Shown: in pieces, positions 1 through 10,495 of the stretch
Layout of the letters: each line of letters opens with the position of its first letter
How positions within the stretch are numbered: position 1 is the first letter of the stretch
Assembly (NCBI GenBank): GCA_024626585.2
Contig: JANKJI020000004.1
Location: 170,164,684-170,185,571, forward strand
Source of the DNA: Ginkgo biloba
Lineage: Eukaryota; Plantae; Ginkgophyta
Reading direction: 5' to 3'
Length of the DNA stretch: 20,888 nucleotides
The notes under the pieces: generated by a model
Told to the model about the DNA's origin: nothing
Database searches by the model: none
What the model saw: the letters and a program-made list of their open reading frames with translations, nothing else
Translations under genes and position numbers: made by a program

Positions 1-1700
1 TACATAGAGAGAACTGTGTTAGGATGTACCTACTATTAGTGTTACGATGAAGGGAATGCTTCTTATTTTTTTGAGTCCAAACCTATTTTTTATTACTTCT
101 CTTTAAGACATGCTTCTTCTTGGCCTAAGCCTAAACATTTTTATTTTTATTCATCATGTGGATGTGAGTCTTCTAGGAAACTGGTTTGGATGTTTGTACC
201 CATGTGGGTCATTCTCTATTGTGTACAGGATGCCAATCTTGATTTCTTCAATTGGTATTCTCCTTATGCCTACTTATCCTTCTCCCAATTCTTGATATTA
301 ATTCTATTGATCTCACTAATTATATTGGGTTTTGTAGAAGTCCTAAGATATCTCTTCTCAGTAGAGGGAGTGATGCTTAATTCCCACCGCCTCTTAGATG
401 CTGGCATCTCAAGTGGAGTTTTGCTAGAAGAGGTTGCATGTCTCTTTCACCTTAAGGTGGATTTCAATCTCATGTTTGGTGTCTCCTAGGTTGACCATTA
501 TGACACTCTTATAGTACCAGTGATATCCCGATCTTCTATATCTATGGAAGAATCTTGGTCTTTGTCATCATTTTTGTCAAAATAAGAGAATTTAGGGATC
601 TCTCATTTATGAGTGGATTCTGCAAGGAGGTTTTGAACTTCCTCCTAGTCTTCATATATTATTTTCATAAAATATTATGATATCATGGCATGATCATCCC
701 TATTTTGAGGCCATGGAATAAAGGCCCCCACACCTTTATTAGTCGAACACGAGTTGTAGTATTGGATGCCCCCCTAAGTTTTAAAAGAAGATAACAATGT
801 GCACTATGGATCATATATTCTTCCTGTGTGAAGGAATTCCTAGTTCCCATCATTGAAATTATAGTTCCTTTTGGAAATTTTCTTATAAGATTTACTAGTG
901 ATTCAGATACCTGCAATCATAATCCCTTTGCCCCCCATGTGGCATGGGATCTTCTTAGATCTCTCCTAGAAGACGGGGAGGTCATATATAGATGTGACTT
1001 TCATCGTAGACCTTAGATGGTAAAACATATTTAAAAAACTTATAGAAGGGCCTAGGGCATTAGTATACGTTGAGGAATTTATATTCATCTCTCTAAGAAA
1101 TATTACCTAGGTATTTCCTCTGAAGGTCATCTATTATAAGGGGTATGTACACAGTTGTGTGTCCCTGGTGTCATTGGAATTATTGGAGGATTTCTCCATA
1201 GATGTTCTTAATATCAAGGTTGCTCAAGGTGCCTTTATTCTTTATTAAGTGATTGAAGAAGAATTTTTGAAGGTGATATGCCTTTAGTTGTCCCTTCTTG
1301 GTCTACCTAACCAATCCCTCATGTAGGGTATATGTCNNNNNNNNNNNNNNNNNNNNNNNNNNNNNNNNNNNNNNNNNNNNNNNNNNNNNNNNNNNNNNNN
1401 NNNNNNNNNNNNNNNNNNNNNNNNNNNNNNNNNNNNAAATTTAAGAGTTTTTTCTCTTCTTCAAGGATTTTTATAACCTCTATATGCTATTTATCACTCA
1501 AAATGGGAGTGTGTAAAGGACACACAAGCTTTTAAGAATGGTGTATCATCAAGCAATATACAATTGTGGGAGTTGTCATGCGATTATGGATCCAAATGTG
1601 TTATATATACAACTAATTTCTAAATTGATTGAAGGAAGTTATCCACCATAATGGATGATCAATTTGATACCTTAGATACATGTATTCTACTGTTGATTTA
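1..1700 (-). pseudogene. Degenerate extra (3') ORF of a Ty3/Gypsy element, sense to the upstream integrase
   Basis: The minus strand reads as interrupted protein-like text (LKACVSFTHSHFE...; TLHEGLVR*TKKGQLKAYHLQKFFF...LQRKYLGNI...FLNVY*CPRPFYKFFKYVLPSKVYDE). It lies directly 3' of the integrase and repeat block at 1760-3114. There are many stops and frameshifts, and a 100-N gap at 1337-1436. The family assignment is inference and the boundaries are approximate. Confidence 0.35.
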
Positions 1701-1759
1701 AACTTCTTGTCACGTCTGAGATAAATGTCTAATGTGGGATATTACCTGAATATGGACTT

Positions 1760-3114
1760 ATCATTATAATAGTAGGTTTATGGTGATGGATATAATTCTA
1801 TTATTTTTCTAAGAAAAGGTGGTTAAGATATCCAACCCTTATGGTGTTTCTTTGGTTGACATCTTTATAGCTATAGAAGAGTCTTCAGTTTTATGGTTAT
1901 TGGTTAAATTATTTTGATTCACATGCACTTGGAGGACACAAGTATTTGAGTACAGAAAATTAGGCACAAGGTTGTTCCATCATAGATATCGTCCTTTCTA
2001 TTTTACTTACACCTTAGAGTATGCAAGTGATGGGTTATGAATGAATTATCATAAAATTACACTATCATGGATGGCATTCTTTATTTTTACTTACAAATTA
2101 AAGTTCACAAGTGATGGGTTGCATGTAAATGGTTGTAGGAGTGCACCATCCTAGATGTTATTCTTTCTTTTACTTGCACCTTAGAGTGTGTAAGTGATGG
2201 GCTATGCACAATTGATCATAAGAATGCATCATTGCGAATGACATTCTTCATTTTTACTTTGAACCTTAGAGTGCAGAAGTGATGGGTTAGACATAACTAG
2301 TTGCAAGGGTGCACCATCATGGATGGAATTCTTTCTTCTAATTTCTCAAAGTTATTGGTGTGATGAGTGGGAGTTATGAATCACCACTTAGGAAAAAACT
2401 AGGCTGAGTACCTTGGTGTGCCACTGATGTGTTTTGAAAAAATAATTATGATTATTTACACTGTGGTTAAATTGTGCCTCATATTCATGGTATTTATGTT
2501 CTAAATAGTTTTAGGTGTGATCTGTTAACTTGATCCAAAATGGATTCCCTAGATAGCTTAGAAATATTGGAAGAGTCATTCTCATGTAGTTAGGCCAAGA
2601 CATAAGGTCCAAGCCATCATATTTTGAGCTTCCCCTTCATATTTTTAAATTTTATATTAAATAAGAGAACCAAATCTCCTTTATAAAATTACATATCTCA
2701 CAACCTACAATTGTGGACTTTCTTCATGAACTTCTACACTATTTCATGATGAAAAAAGGATATAGAGAGATTTTCCTCCAATTTGGTTAGCTAGATCAAT
2801 CTTTCTTTTAAGGACTATTAATTGTCCCATTTCTCTTTAATTACAATGTGGAGGTTGGGAGTTTGAATTTTGATAGGAAGAACTACTTCTTAGCCATAAA
2901 CTAGTTGGAATGGGATATGGCCTATGGTTGGATTATAAGTAGTGCAAAATACCCATAATACTATGTGCAGTTTCTCTTCCCAATATCATCATCCCTTGGT
3001 GTAAATCTTTGTCAATTGATTGCATATGATTTTGTTGGAGGATTAAACTAATCCATTATATCTATGATAGTAGGGGGTGCTCTATTGATATTGTATCATG
3101 AATTCAAATGTTAA
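1760..3114 (-). mobile_element. Ty3/Gypsy retrotransposon remnant, copy 1: integrase C-terminal half plus 3' region
   Basis: Minus-strand translation LTFEFMIQYQ*STPYYHRYNGLV*SSNKIICNQLTKI...WEEKLHIVLWVFCTTYNPTIGHIPFQLVYG*EVVLP matches the integrase core end (STPYYPQxNGxAE consensus). The GPY/F motif LGPYVLA is at ~2590-2615. Truncated by the N gap at 3115. Confidence 0.9.
1960..2345. repeat. Degenerate ~84-bp tandem repeat array (4-5 units)
   Basis: The anchor GTGATGGG recurs at 2027, 2111, 2194 and 2279 (spacing 83-85). The unit resembles ...ttacttgcaccttagagtgtgcaagtgatgggtt... Confidence 0.9.
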
Positions 3115-3419
3115 NNNNNNNNNNNNNNNNNNNNNNNNNNNNNNNNNNNNNNNNNNNNNNNNNNNNNNNNNNNNNNNNNNNNNNNNNNNNNNNNNNNNNN
3201 NNNNNNNNNNNNNNTGCTTGAACCTAGATTTGTTATTATGATAGTAGGTTTATGGTAATGGGGGAGATGATTTTGTTCTTTTTATAATGAAAGGTAGTAT
3301 GATTATCTAACCCTTATGGTATTACCTAGGTTGACAACCTGATATATACAAAAGATAATTAGTGAAGTTATTCCAATTCACATGCTCTTAGAGGGTGTAG
3401 GTGTTTGAGTGGCATAAGG

Positions 3420-3810
3420 TGGTGTCATCGCCGATAGTATCCTTTGTACTTTATTTGCACCTTGAAGTGCATAAGTGGTGGGTTGTACATGATTGATTAT
3501 AAGTTTGCATCATCATAGTTGGTGATCTATCTTTATCCTTGTGCCTTAGAGTGTATGAGTGATGGGTTTCATGTGACTAATTATAAGATTATGTTATCAT
3601 AGTTGGTAATATTTTCTTTCTCCTTATGCCTTAGAGTGTGCAAGTGGAAGGTTTCATGTGATTGATCACAAAAGTGCATAATTATGGATGATTTTATTTC
3701 TTTTTCCTTACACCTTCGAGTGCGCACGTGATGGGTCATGCATGATTGATCTCAAAAGTGTAGCATCACTGATAATTTTCTTTTCTCTTCCCTTGCACCT
3801 TGGAGTGCGA
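3420..3810. repeat. Degenerate ~84-bp tandem repeat array (4-5 units), homologous to 1960-2345
   Basis: The anchor GTG(A/G)(T/A)(G/A)GG occurs at 3475, 3559, 3644 and 3728 (spacing 84-85). Confidence 0.9.
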
Positions 3811-4484
3811 TGAGTGGGAGTTACGACTTGCATTTAGGAAAAAATTTGGGCGGCCACCTTGGTGTCTTTTAAAACATAGTTGTAGTTATTTACATTATGG
3901 TACAATTTTTCCTCCTGTGCATCATTTCATATTATAAATAGTTTTAGGTGTGATTCATTAACTTGGTCTAAAATGGATTCTCTATATATATTTACAAGAC
4001 TAGTAGAGCCATTATCATGTAGTTGGGCCAAGATGTAGGGCCTAATACATCATGTTTTGATATTTCCCTTCATATTCTTTAATTTTCTATTGAAGAGGAC
4101 TACCATGTCTCATTTTTAAAATAATATACCCCTTAGTGTGTGGTTGTGAACTTCCTTCATGTGCCTCTACATAGCTTCTTGATGCCAAAGGGCTATAGCT
4201 TGATTTTCCTCCATCCTAGTTAGATGGATCCATTTTTCTTTTAAGGAATGTTCCTCATCCCTTTTTTATTGAATTGTAATGCAAAGGTTGGAAAATTAGA
4301 ATTCAATGGGAAGAACTTCTTCTTGTCCATAGATAAGTTAGAATACTAGTTGTTGGATTAGAAGTGGTATGAAATACACACAAAATTGCATGTAGTTTCT
4401 TTGCCCAGTCGTATCGTCTCTTAGTGAAAATCTTTGTTAATAGATTGCATATGAGTTTGTTGGAGGATTTAGCTAATCTATTAC

Positions 4485-4560
4485 ATATGGGATAATAGAG
4501 GGTGATCCTCTAATGTTGTATCATATAGGATAGTATGGGTTTATCCTCTAACATTGTATC
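4485..4560. repeat. 38-bp tandem duplication inside the integrase (frameshifting)
   Basis: atatgggataatagagggtgatcctctaatgttgtatc (4485-4522) is followed by atataggatagtatgggtttatcctctaacattgtatc (4523-4560). The homologous position of copy 1 (~3060-3100) has a single copy. Confidence 0.85.
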
Positions 4561-5443
4561 ATGAATTCAAATGTTAAGGTATCAATGACATCGTTAATGA
4601 CGTGCATCCCTCTATCACTGACTATTTTGACTAGGAAACCAAACTACACTAGTATGCATTCATATAAGAAGCAGGCCATCGTCATGGCCATATTGTCTTG
4701 GGTAGCTCTAGATTCCACCCATTTGGTGATATAGTCTCTTATAACTATGATATATCATGCTTGGGTTTAGTGCATAGGTGATTTAATAATCCTAATGGAG
4801 TCGATACCCCATTTTTCAAAAGAGAATTATGCTCGCACTAGGTTTAGAGGCATGAAGTATTGGATTGTTGTTTTTTATATTTGATGGCATAGATCATACC
4901 TCTTACATGGCTTACACCAAGTGTGATCATCTTGAAATAAGAAAATTCATACTAAATTTATTATTTATCTCCATTGTTAATGCGAGATAGATGATTTAGT
5001 CTAACATGTGAGTTACTTGGTTTTAAAAAGATTTCAAAGTCATATTCTTCAAGGAACATAATCTATTTTCTCAACTAGCCCTATTGAATAGGATTTTTCA
5101 TGATATAATTCAATGCTTGGTGATCTACATAGAATTCAAAATTGTGTTTGCTAGATAGTGTTAGATTTTTCTTACTGAGCATTCATGCCAAGTGCTTCTC
5201 ACTTAGTAGTNNNNNNNNNNNNNNNNNNNNNNNNNNNNNNNNNNNNNNNNNNNNNNNNNNNNNNNNNNNNNNNNNNNNNNNNNNNNNNNNNNNNNNNNNN
5301 NNNNNNNNNNAAGAGAAGAGCATATATGGCCTAAATCACGACACACAAACAAGACAAGGATAAACAAATAAAATGAAATGACAACTTATTGTAGATGTTT
5401 TATCCATTTACCGAGCTCTTCTCAGGGTGGCTGCATGAAATGG

Positions 5444-6880
5444 TTAATAGTCTTTGATGCTTAAGTCTTCATCATACAATGTCTTCTGCAAGCTAGCAGG
5501 CTGAAAATAAAAAAGCATTAGAACAAAACGNNNNNNNNNNTTGATAATCAATAGCCAAAGCTTTAGAAACCTGCATAGAAATGTTAGAAATAATAAACGC
5601 TAAATGCTAAATTGCGGTTCAAAATGCCAAATGCCAAATGATACCTATGATGATGCCAAGACGTAAGCCACTGGGGCACAATTGGGCAATGTGAAGATGC
5701 CCAACTTCAAACATAGAACGCTAAACTGGGTAGTGTAATGTCAAACTGTTAGACTACATTGTTGGCATTATTGGTTTTGTTGGTGTCTATCACAACCAAC
5801 AATATAGTCAACAATATAAACATAAAACGTGCGAAAACTTGCATTTAAAAGTTAATACACAAGAAAATGTCTGTAAGAATATCTAGAGAACAAAATGTTG
5901 ATAATCAATAGCATAAACGCTGCATTGAATCTGGATTTTCTTGGCCTGCACATAAACGTTAATGATAAAAACGCAAAATTTATTGATAATCTTGACAATC
6001 ATAATAAAGACAGAATGTTGATAATGATAGGAACGCTAGTAAAACACTAAATGCTAAACCATGATTCAAACNNNNNNNNNNNNNNNNNNNNNNNNNNNNN
6101 NNNNNNNNNNNNNNNNNNNNNNNNNNNNNNNNNNNNNNNNNNNNNNNNNNNNNNNNNNNNNNNNNNNNNNNNNNNNNNNNNNNNNNNNNNNNNNNNNNNN
6201 NNNNNNNNNCGAACTCATACAATGTCCAGATGGGACTAGCCAAAACTTCTCCTTGACTAATCGCTTCTCATCGACTGATATGTCACTCGCCAAAGTATCC
6301 AACGACTACTCCATAAATCTGAACACATAAATCTGCAATGCTTTATGCATAAATAAAATGCTAGTCCAATGAATATGAATGCTGGCCACTTAGAAATGAT
6401 AGCAAAATTAATAGCATCATGTCAAATTGTGAGCTCAGATGGAGCTCCTTCGTTTATTTTCCTTCGGTGTTGCAGCTTCGACTAAAGCATTTAGAAAATG
6501 GTTTCACGAAGGGCGCCAACAAAAAATTATAGATGGATGACATAGACCAAGCATTTTGGTGTCTCTAAAGAATGCACGTGTAATAGACAACTTCTATGAT
6601 TAAAATGTGCTTGATCCACTTTCTGCTCTAATCGCTGCGTCTCTTTCAAATACAACACTAAAATGGCTCCCAATATTAAAAAATGAAATAAAATAAAATA
6701 TGAGACAACAAAGAAGAATTGCAAAAGGAATACATAGCTCTGAGCATTAAACATTGCTAGAATCAAACGCTATTTTTTTTTTTTAAACACTGCATTGATA
6801 CTAAACCCTTTATTTCTGCTATGAATGAATGCCTTGGCACAAAGCTATAATGCCAGAGGGATGAGATCAAATAGTACATC
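5444..6880 (-). pseudogene. Degenerate intron-containing ULP1/Peptidase C48 (SUMO protease)-like remnant, possibly transposon-borne
   Basis: Motifs occur in the expected order on the - strand: IIAFVP (~6850), SHFSVV (His codon 6665-6663), SCLLHVHSL (6566-6592; cf. CILHxDSL), and C-x-IYVFRFME (6337-6309; cf. DCGIYVLKFME). A GT donor is at 6220. A clean CTAAT/polypyrimidine/CAG acceptor at 5501 precedes a terminal exon PASLQKTLYDEDLSIKDY* (5500-5444). Several frameshifts and one internal stop are required, and no QxNxxD is visible. Confidence 0.45.
5520..6070. repeat. Loose sub-repeats (AATGTTGATAATCAATAGC-like and AAACGC/AAATGC motifs)
   Basis: ttgataatcaatagc occurs at ~5541 and ~5898, with variants at ~5984 and ~6019. 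Clustered taaacgc/aaatgc motifs occur at 5594-5640, ~5717, ~5914, ~5968, ~6031 and ~6048. Confidence 0.55.
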
Positions 6881-6968
6881 AAAGCCCAGGAGGAATAAGC
6901 TAGACATAATCAATCATTATAGCGTAAATCCATCATAAAACACAGTGAAAGTCTACATAAAAAACATG

Positions 6969-7250
6969 TTAGAGGCTTGCATAGTTAGCAACTAAGACAG
7001 AGATGCCATACTTCATACGCAGCCAAACAAAAATTCCACATGTATACGCTGATGATGAGGCATTAATAGAAGCTAAAGCTATCAAATAGATGAAACTATG
7101 GTCTATAAAACTAGTGCGAGGGAAAAAAATGAATGAAAGGAAAATGGAGGAACAGTGAAGAATGGGTGTCCTCCGAACAGCGCTGGTCTGTGCACTACTC
7201 ATAGAATGAATTGGCAAATAAAGCCCATGTCTTCTTACGTAGCCATTCAC
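6969..7250 (-). CDS. Candidate terminal exon of an unidentified gene (VNGYVRRHGLYLP...ANYASL*)
   Basis: The ORF begins exactly after a pyrimidine-rich ...aacag acceptor (AG at 7252-7251). It is in phase 0, which fits the 45-nt exon at 9858-9902. An alternative GTAAGA donor 12 nt into the exon makes the 3' extent uncertain. Confidence 0.45.
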   Translation of the reverse strand: MNGYVRRHGLYLPIHSMSSAQTSAVRRTPILHCSSIFLSFIFFPRTSFIDHSFIYLIALASINASSSAYTCGIFVWLRMKYGISVLVANYASL

Positions 7251-8306
7251 CTGTTCATTTTAGGAAAGGAATCTGGAAGACTGTACTAAAAGATATGCTC
7301 TTAACATGTCAAAATAGAGCAGTTAATAACAATTGAGTTATGTCAATAAAGGTCGTCAAAAATACATCGGCAGCAATGTGCTAAGTTATCATTGCTATTG
7401 AAACTCGAATTGGCATTATTCATCAAAAAATCACGTAAATATTAAACTGTTAATGTCGTATATTAAAATATCAAATGCCGAACTCGTAAAACATATATAA
7501 AGGACACAGAAATTGGAAACGGTATTGTTGATACCGTTAAAGATAGAGATGTGATGACTGATTAACACCAATGACCTACTAATGTTGGATAGATGCATAG
7601 ATAGATACATATCAAAGCTATCTCAAAACATTGGACAAATACACAGTTATATCTTAAAAATATTAGAGATTCAAAGCATCTTAGATGTTGAACAGAGATG
7701 TAGCAGTATTAAAACAAAATGTAACTATGGATATAGTCCCACTAGACATGCCAAAATGAATGCATGCAAGATTTAAATATTACATAAAAATTAAAACAAC
7801 AACAATTTCCTTCTAAATTTGATTGCAAACTCGAATAGAGTTAAAGAGAAGGATTTTCTCTCTTAGATGTGGGTTGCTCAGGATCTTTGTGCAAAAGAGT
7901 GAGTAGCAACAATTTGTAGATGTCAAATAGAGATGTGTAACTATGATCAAAAGAATAATGTAGGCAAGAATGCAAAGAAAGCTCAAGAAGTCTCTCCAAA
8001 TGAGTCACCTTGCTTCTTAGTCAAAATGTCTCAATGAATAATCAATAATGATCCCCAAACAAGCGTTGGTTTTTTCATAATGAAAGAAGTGAATGAAGTT
8101 GCCTCTTTCCAAAGGGAAAGAAGGCTTTTTNNNNNNNNNNNNNNNNNNNNNNNNNNNNNNNNNNNNNNNNNNNNNNNNNNNNNNNNNNNNNNNNNNNNNN
8201 NNNNNNNNNNNNNNNNNNNNNNNNNNNNNNAAGAATCATTTTATGGGGATGCGGAAACAAGTGTATATTGTCTGTCGGTAGAAAAAAGAGTGAAGTCGCG
8301 ACCATT

Positions 8307-8373
8307 AATTCGTCGTTTACTTTGACTTACTTTTCACCAACGTATCGGTTACGTCAAGTAAAACCGACGATTT
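8307..8373. other. Imperfect CpG-rich inverted repeat (~24-bp arms, ~17-nt loop)
   Basis: aattcgtcgtttactttgacttac (8307-8330) pairs with gttacgtcaagtaaaaccgacgattt (8348-8373), with a few bulges. Confidence 0.6.
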
Positions 8374-9857
8374 CTTCCTCATACCCAATGTTAATGTTAT
8401 GTTTAAAAAATTCCATGTCTTCCATTTGAAGAATGTTGAGTGCGAGAATGCTTAGCTACGCATTTCTGACTTTATTCACTCTTCTGNNNNNNNNNNAGTT
8501 TGCTCTCTCCTCAGCCTCTCATATGCTATCTGCGTTGCCATGTTCGTTTATATATAAAAAAAAAAAGGTTTTATCAGACCTTCAACTCGTTTCCATTGGG
8601 TTTAGTCCGCTAATTAATGCAAAGCTCAAGTCGTACTCTACCTTTCATCCCTCCATTTTATTTTACAATACTAGTTTATTACGCTCACTCTTTTACTTCC
8701 AAACTCACTCTTTCTTCTAAGATTTTAAATTAAAAAAACTCTTTTTTTTTAATCGAAGCCATTGATTGAGAACAAACATTCCTTTTATTATTTTCACTTT
8801 TTCTCCATAAACATTCTTTTAATATTTTTGCACCCATGATGCCATGTTTATTCATGATTCACATCAACCACAAGCATGAATGACATAACAATAAAACCAA
8901 TGCTTGACAACACATTCTAAAGTTGATAAGAAGGCATTTACAATGGAACACAATGCATTCACATGTCTGTAAGAATTCATTTTAAAACACTAGTGGTTAT
9001 TCTTAAGAAACTAATTGAGTATTATTTCATTATTGGGTTATTCCTAATTACATTTTTATCATAAGTAATCATTAAAGTTCAAAATTCCAATCAAAAGTAA
9101 CATATTGCATTATTATAGAAGATGCAACACATATGGGATCTATACAAAAATAAAACATGTATATATAGGACTCATTCTTCATATGACATGACTTGTACTA
9201 TAAAAGTTCCATAAAGCTCCAAAAAATTTTGGATGGTACTATGTATGGTTTCCATGTTTATGCGACATTATGGAAAATTTTATTTTAGCCCCAACTAATG
9301 TGACTCTTTAAATGTGATGTAATTAGGATCCCATGCCACTCTTATAGTGCTAAAAATATATAAACCATATAGATATTATGTATCTTACTATGGCTTGACA
9401 CTTAAACCATGTGTATTAGCTTATAATGATTTAAGTAAAATGTATGAATGCCAGTAACATTGTTAAATGATCCACCTTATTTACTCAGATTATTGAAGAA
9501 TAAATTTTAGGATCCATTTAGATCCTTGAGGATAACTACATATCTACTTCTTTAAAAATAATAAATCCTACCTTATGTTTAGAATTCTTGAATAATATTT
9601 TTACATCTTAAGTTATATTTTCTANNNNNNNNNNNNNNNNNNNNNNNNNNNNNNNNNNNNNNNNNNNNNNNNNNNNNNNNNNNNNNNNNNNNNNNNNNNN
9701 NNNNNNNNNNNNNNNNNNNNNNNNNNNNNNNNNNNNNNNNNNNNNNNNNNNNNNNNNNNNNNNNNNNNNNNNNNNNNNNNNNNNNNNNNNNNNNNNNNNN
9801 NNNNNNNNNNNNNNCAATTACAACTGCTACAGAAATATAATGTCAAAGGAGAAATAC

Positions 9858-9902
9858 CCGTGTACGACTGATAGTGCACACATCAGAATAGTGCCTTTGG
9901 AG
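9858..9902 (-). CDS. Candidate 45-nt internal exon (LQRHYSDVCTISRTR)
   Basis: A CTGAC branch-like motif, a pyrimidine tract and a TTGCAG acceptor (AG at 9904-9903) precede it, and a CGG|GTATTT donor follows at 9857. Phase 0-0, open frame, and CpG-containing unlike the flanks. Confidence 0.6.
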
Positions 9903-10495
9903 CTGCAATGCCACCAAGAAAGTGGTCAGTTGAGCAAGTTCTAGGTCAAATAAAACTCCGAAGGAAACAATATCTACAACATGGATATATTTTCCATTCT
10001 TAATGTTAGACTTGAACAGTATGCTATGTGTGTAGCTAATATAATATTTCAAATATCCATTTGACTGCAAAAACGTAGAGAACATCATTTGTATTGTGTC
10101 AAGCTAAAATGCTGCATAGGAAAATGGGTTCTTTGTGGCCAAACTTGTGGTAAGCATGTCTCCCAAATGAAGATGTGTTTGAATGAATATGTATGCTGTG
10201 ATTGTACTTTCCATGCATCTTCTTCTGATATACTATACTGAAATGAAATTATTTAGCACCCACTTAAACCAAATAGGTCTATTGAACCTCTACAAGATTC
10301 ATGAGTATAGTAATAACTTTTTATGCTCTAAAATTTCTATTACGAGGCTTCCTAGTCTACATATAATCTCTACTTAACAAGCTTTGAGTATTGCCATAAT
10401 ATCAACTAGATTAAATGCAAGCTGTGTTAAACTTGATACCATATAAGCAGCCTACACTGTACATCAATGGAAGAGAGAGAGAGGCAATATCTTAC

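Larger units (their letters stand above)
3215..5210 (-). mobile_element. Ty3/Gypsy retrotransposon remnant, copy 2: RNase H, integrase and 3' region (non-chromovirus, possibly Athila-like)
   Basis: Minus strand RNase H: TTK*EALGM...HYL...FEFYVDHQALNYI...EEYDFEIFLKP..HVRLNHLSRI (5210-4945). Integrase: MPLNLVRA*FSFEKWGIDS, YIIVIRDYITKWVESRAT, IVSDRGMHVIND, YYPICNRLAKSSNK, and a degenerate GPY motif (RPYILAQL) at ~4020-4045. Many stops. The lineage is inference. Confidence 0.92.

Noticed and set aside
110-1016. Short + strand ORFs (110-295, 190-489, 828-1016)
   Set aside because: They are antisense shadows of decayed minus-strand element sequence, with no motifs or splice support.
1960-3810. 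84-bp arrays as a CRISPR-like array
   Set aside because: Whole units are homologous, so there are no unique spacers. There are no cas genes, and the context is a eukaryotic retrotransposon.
7518-7538. Perfect 8-bp hairpin aacggtat-tgttg-ataccgtt as a Helitron 3' end or terminator
   Set aside because: It is short and AT-rich with no CTRR end at the expected distance, and is plausible by chance.
9843-10088. 81-aa minus-strand ORF as a stand-alone gene
   Set aside because: Only the 45 nt between the splice signals look coding; the remainder is intron-like.
10472-10483. (AG)6 microsatellite
   Set aside because: A short, ordinary intronic repeat.
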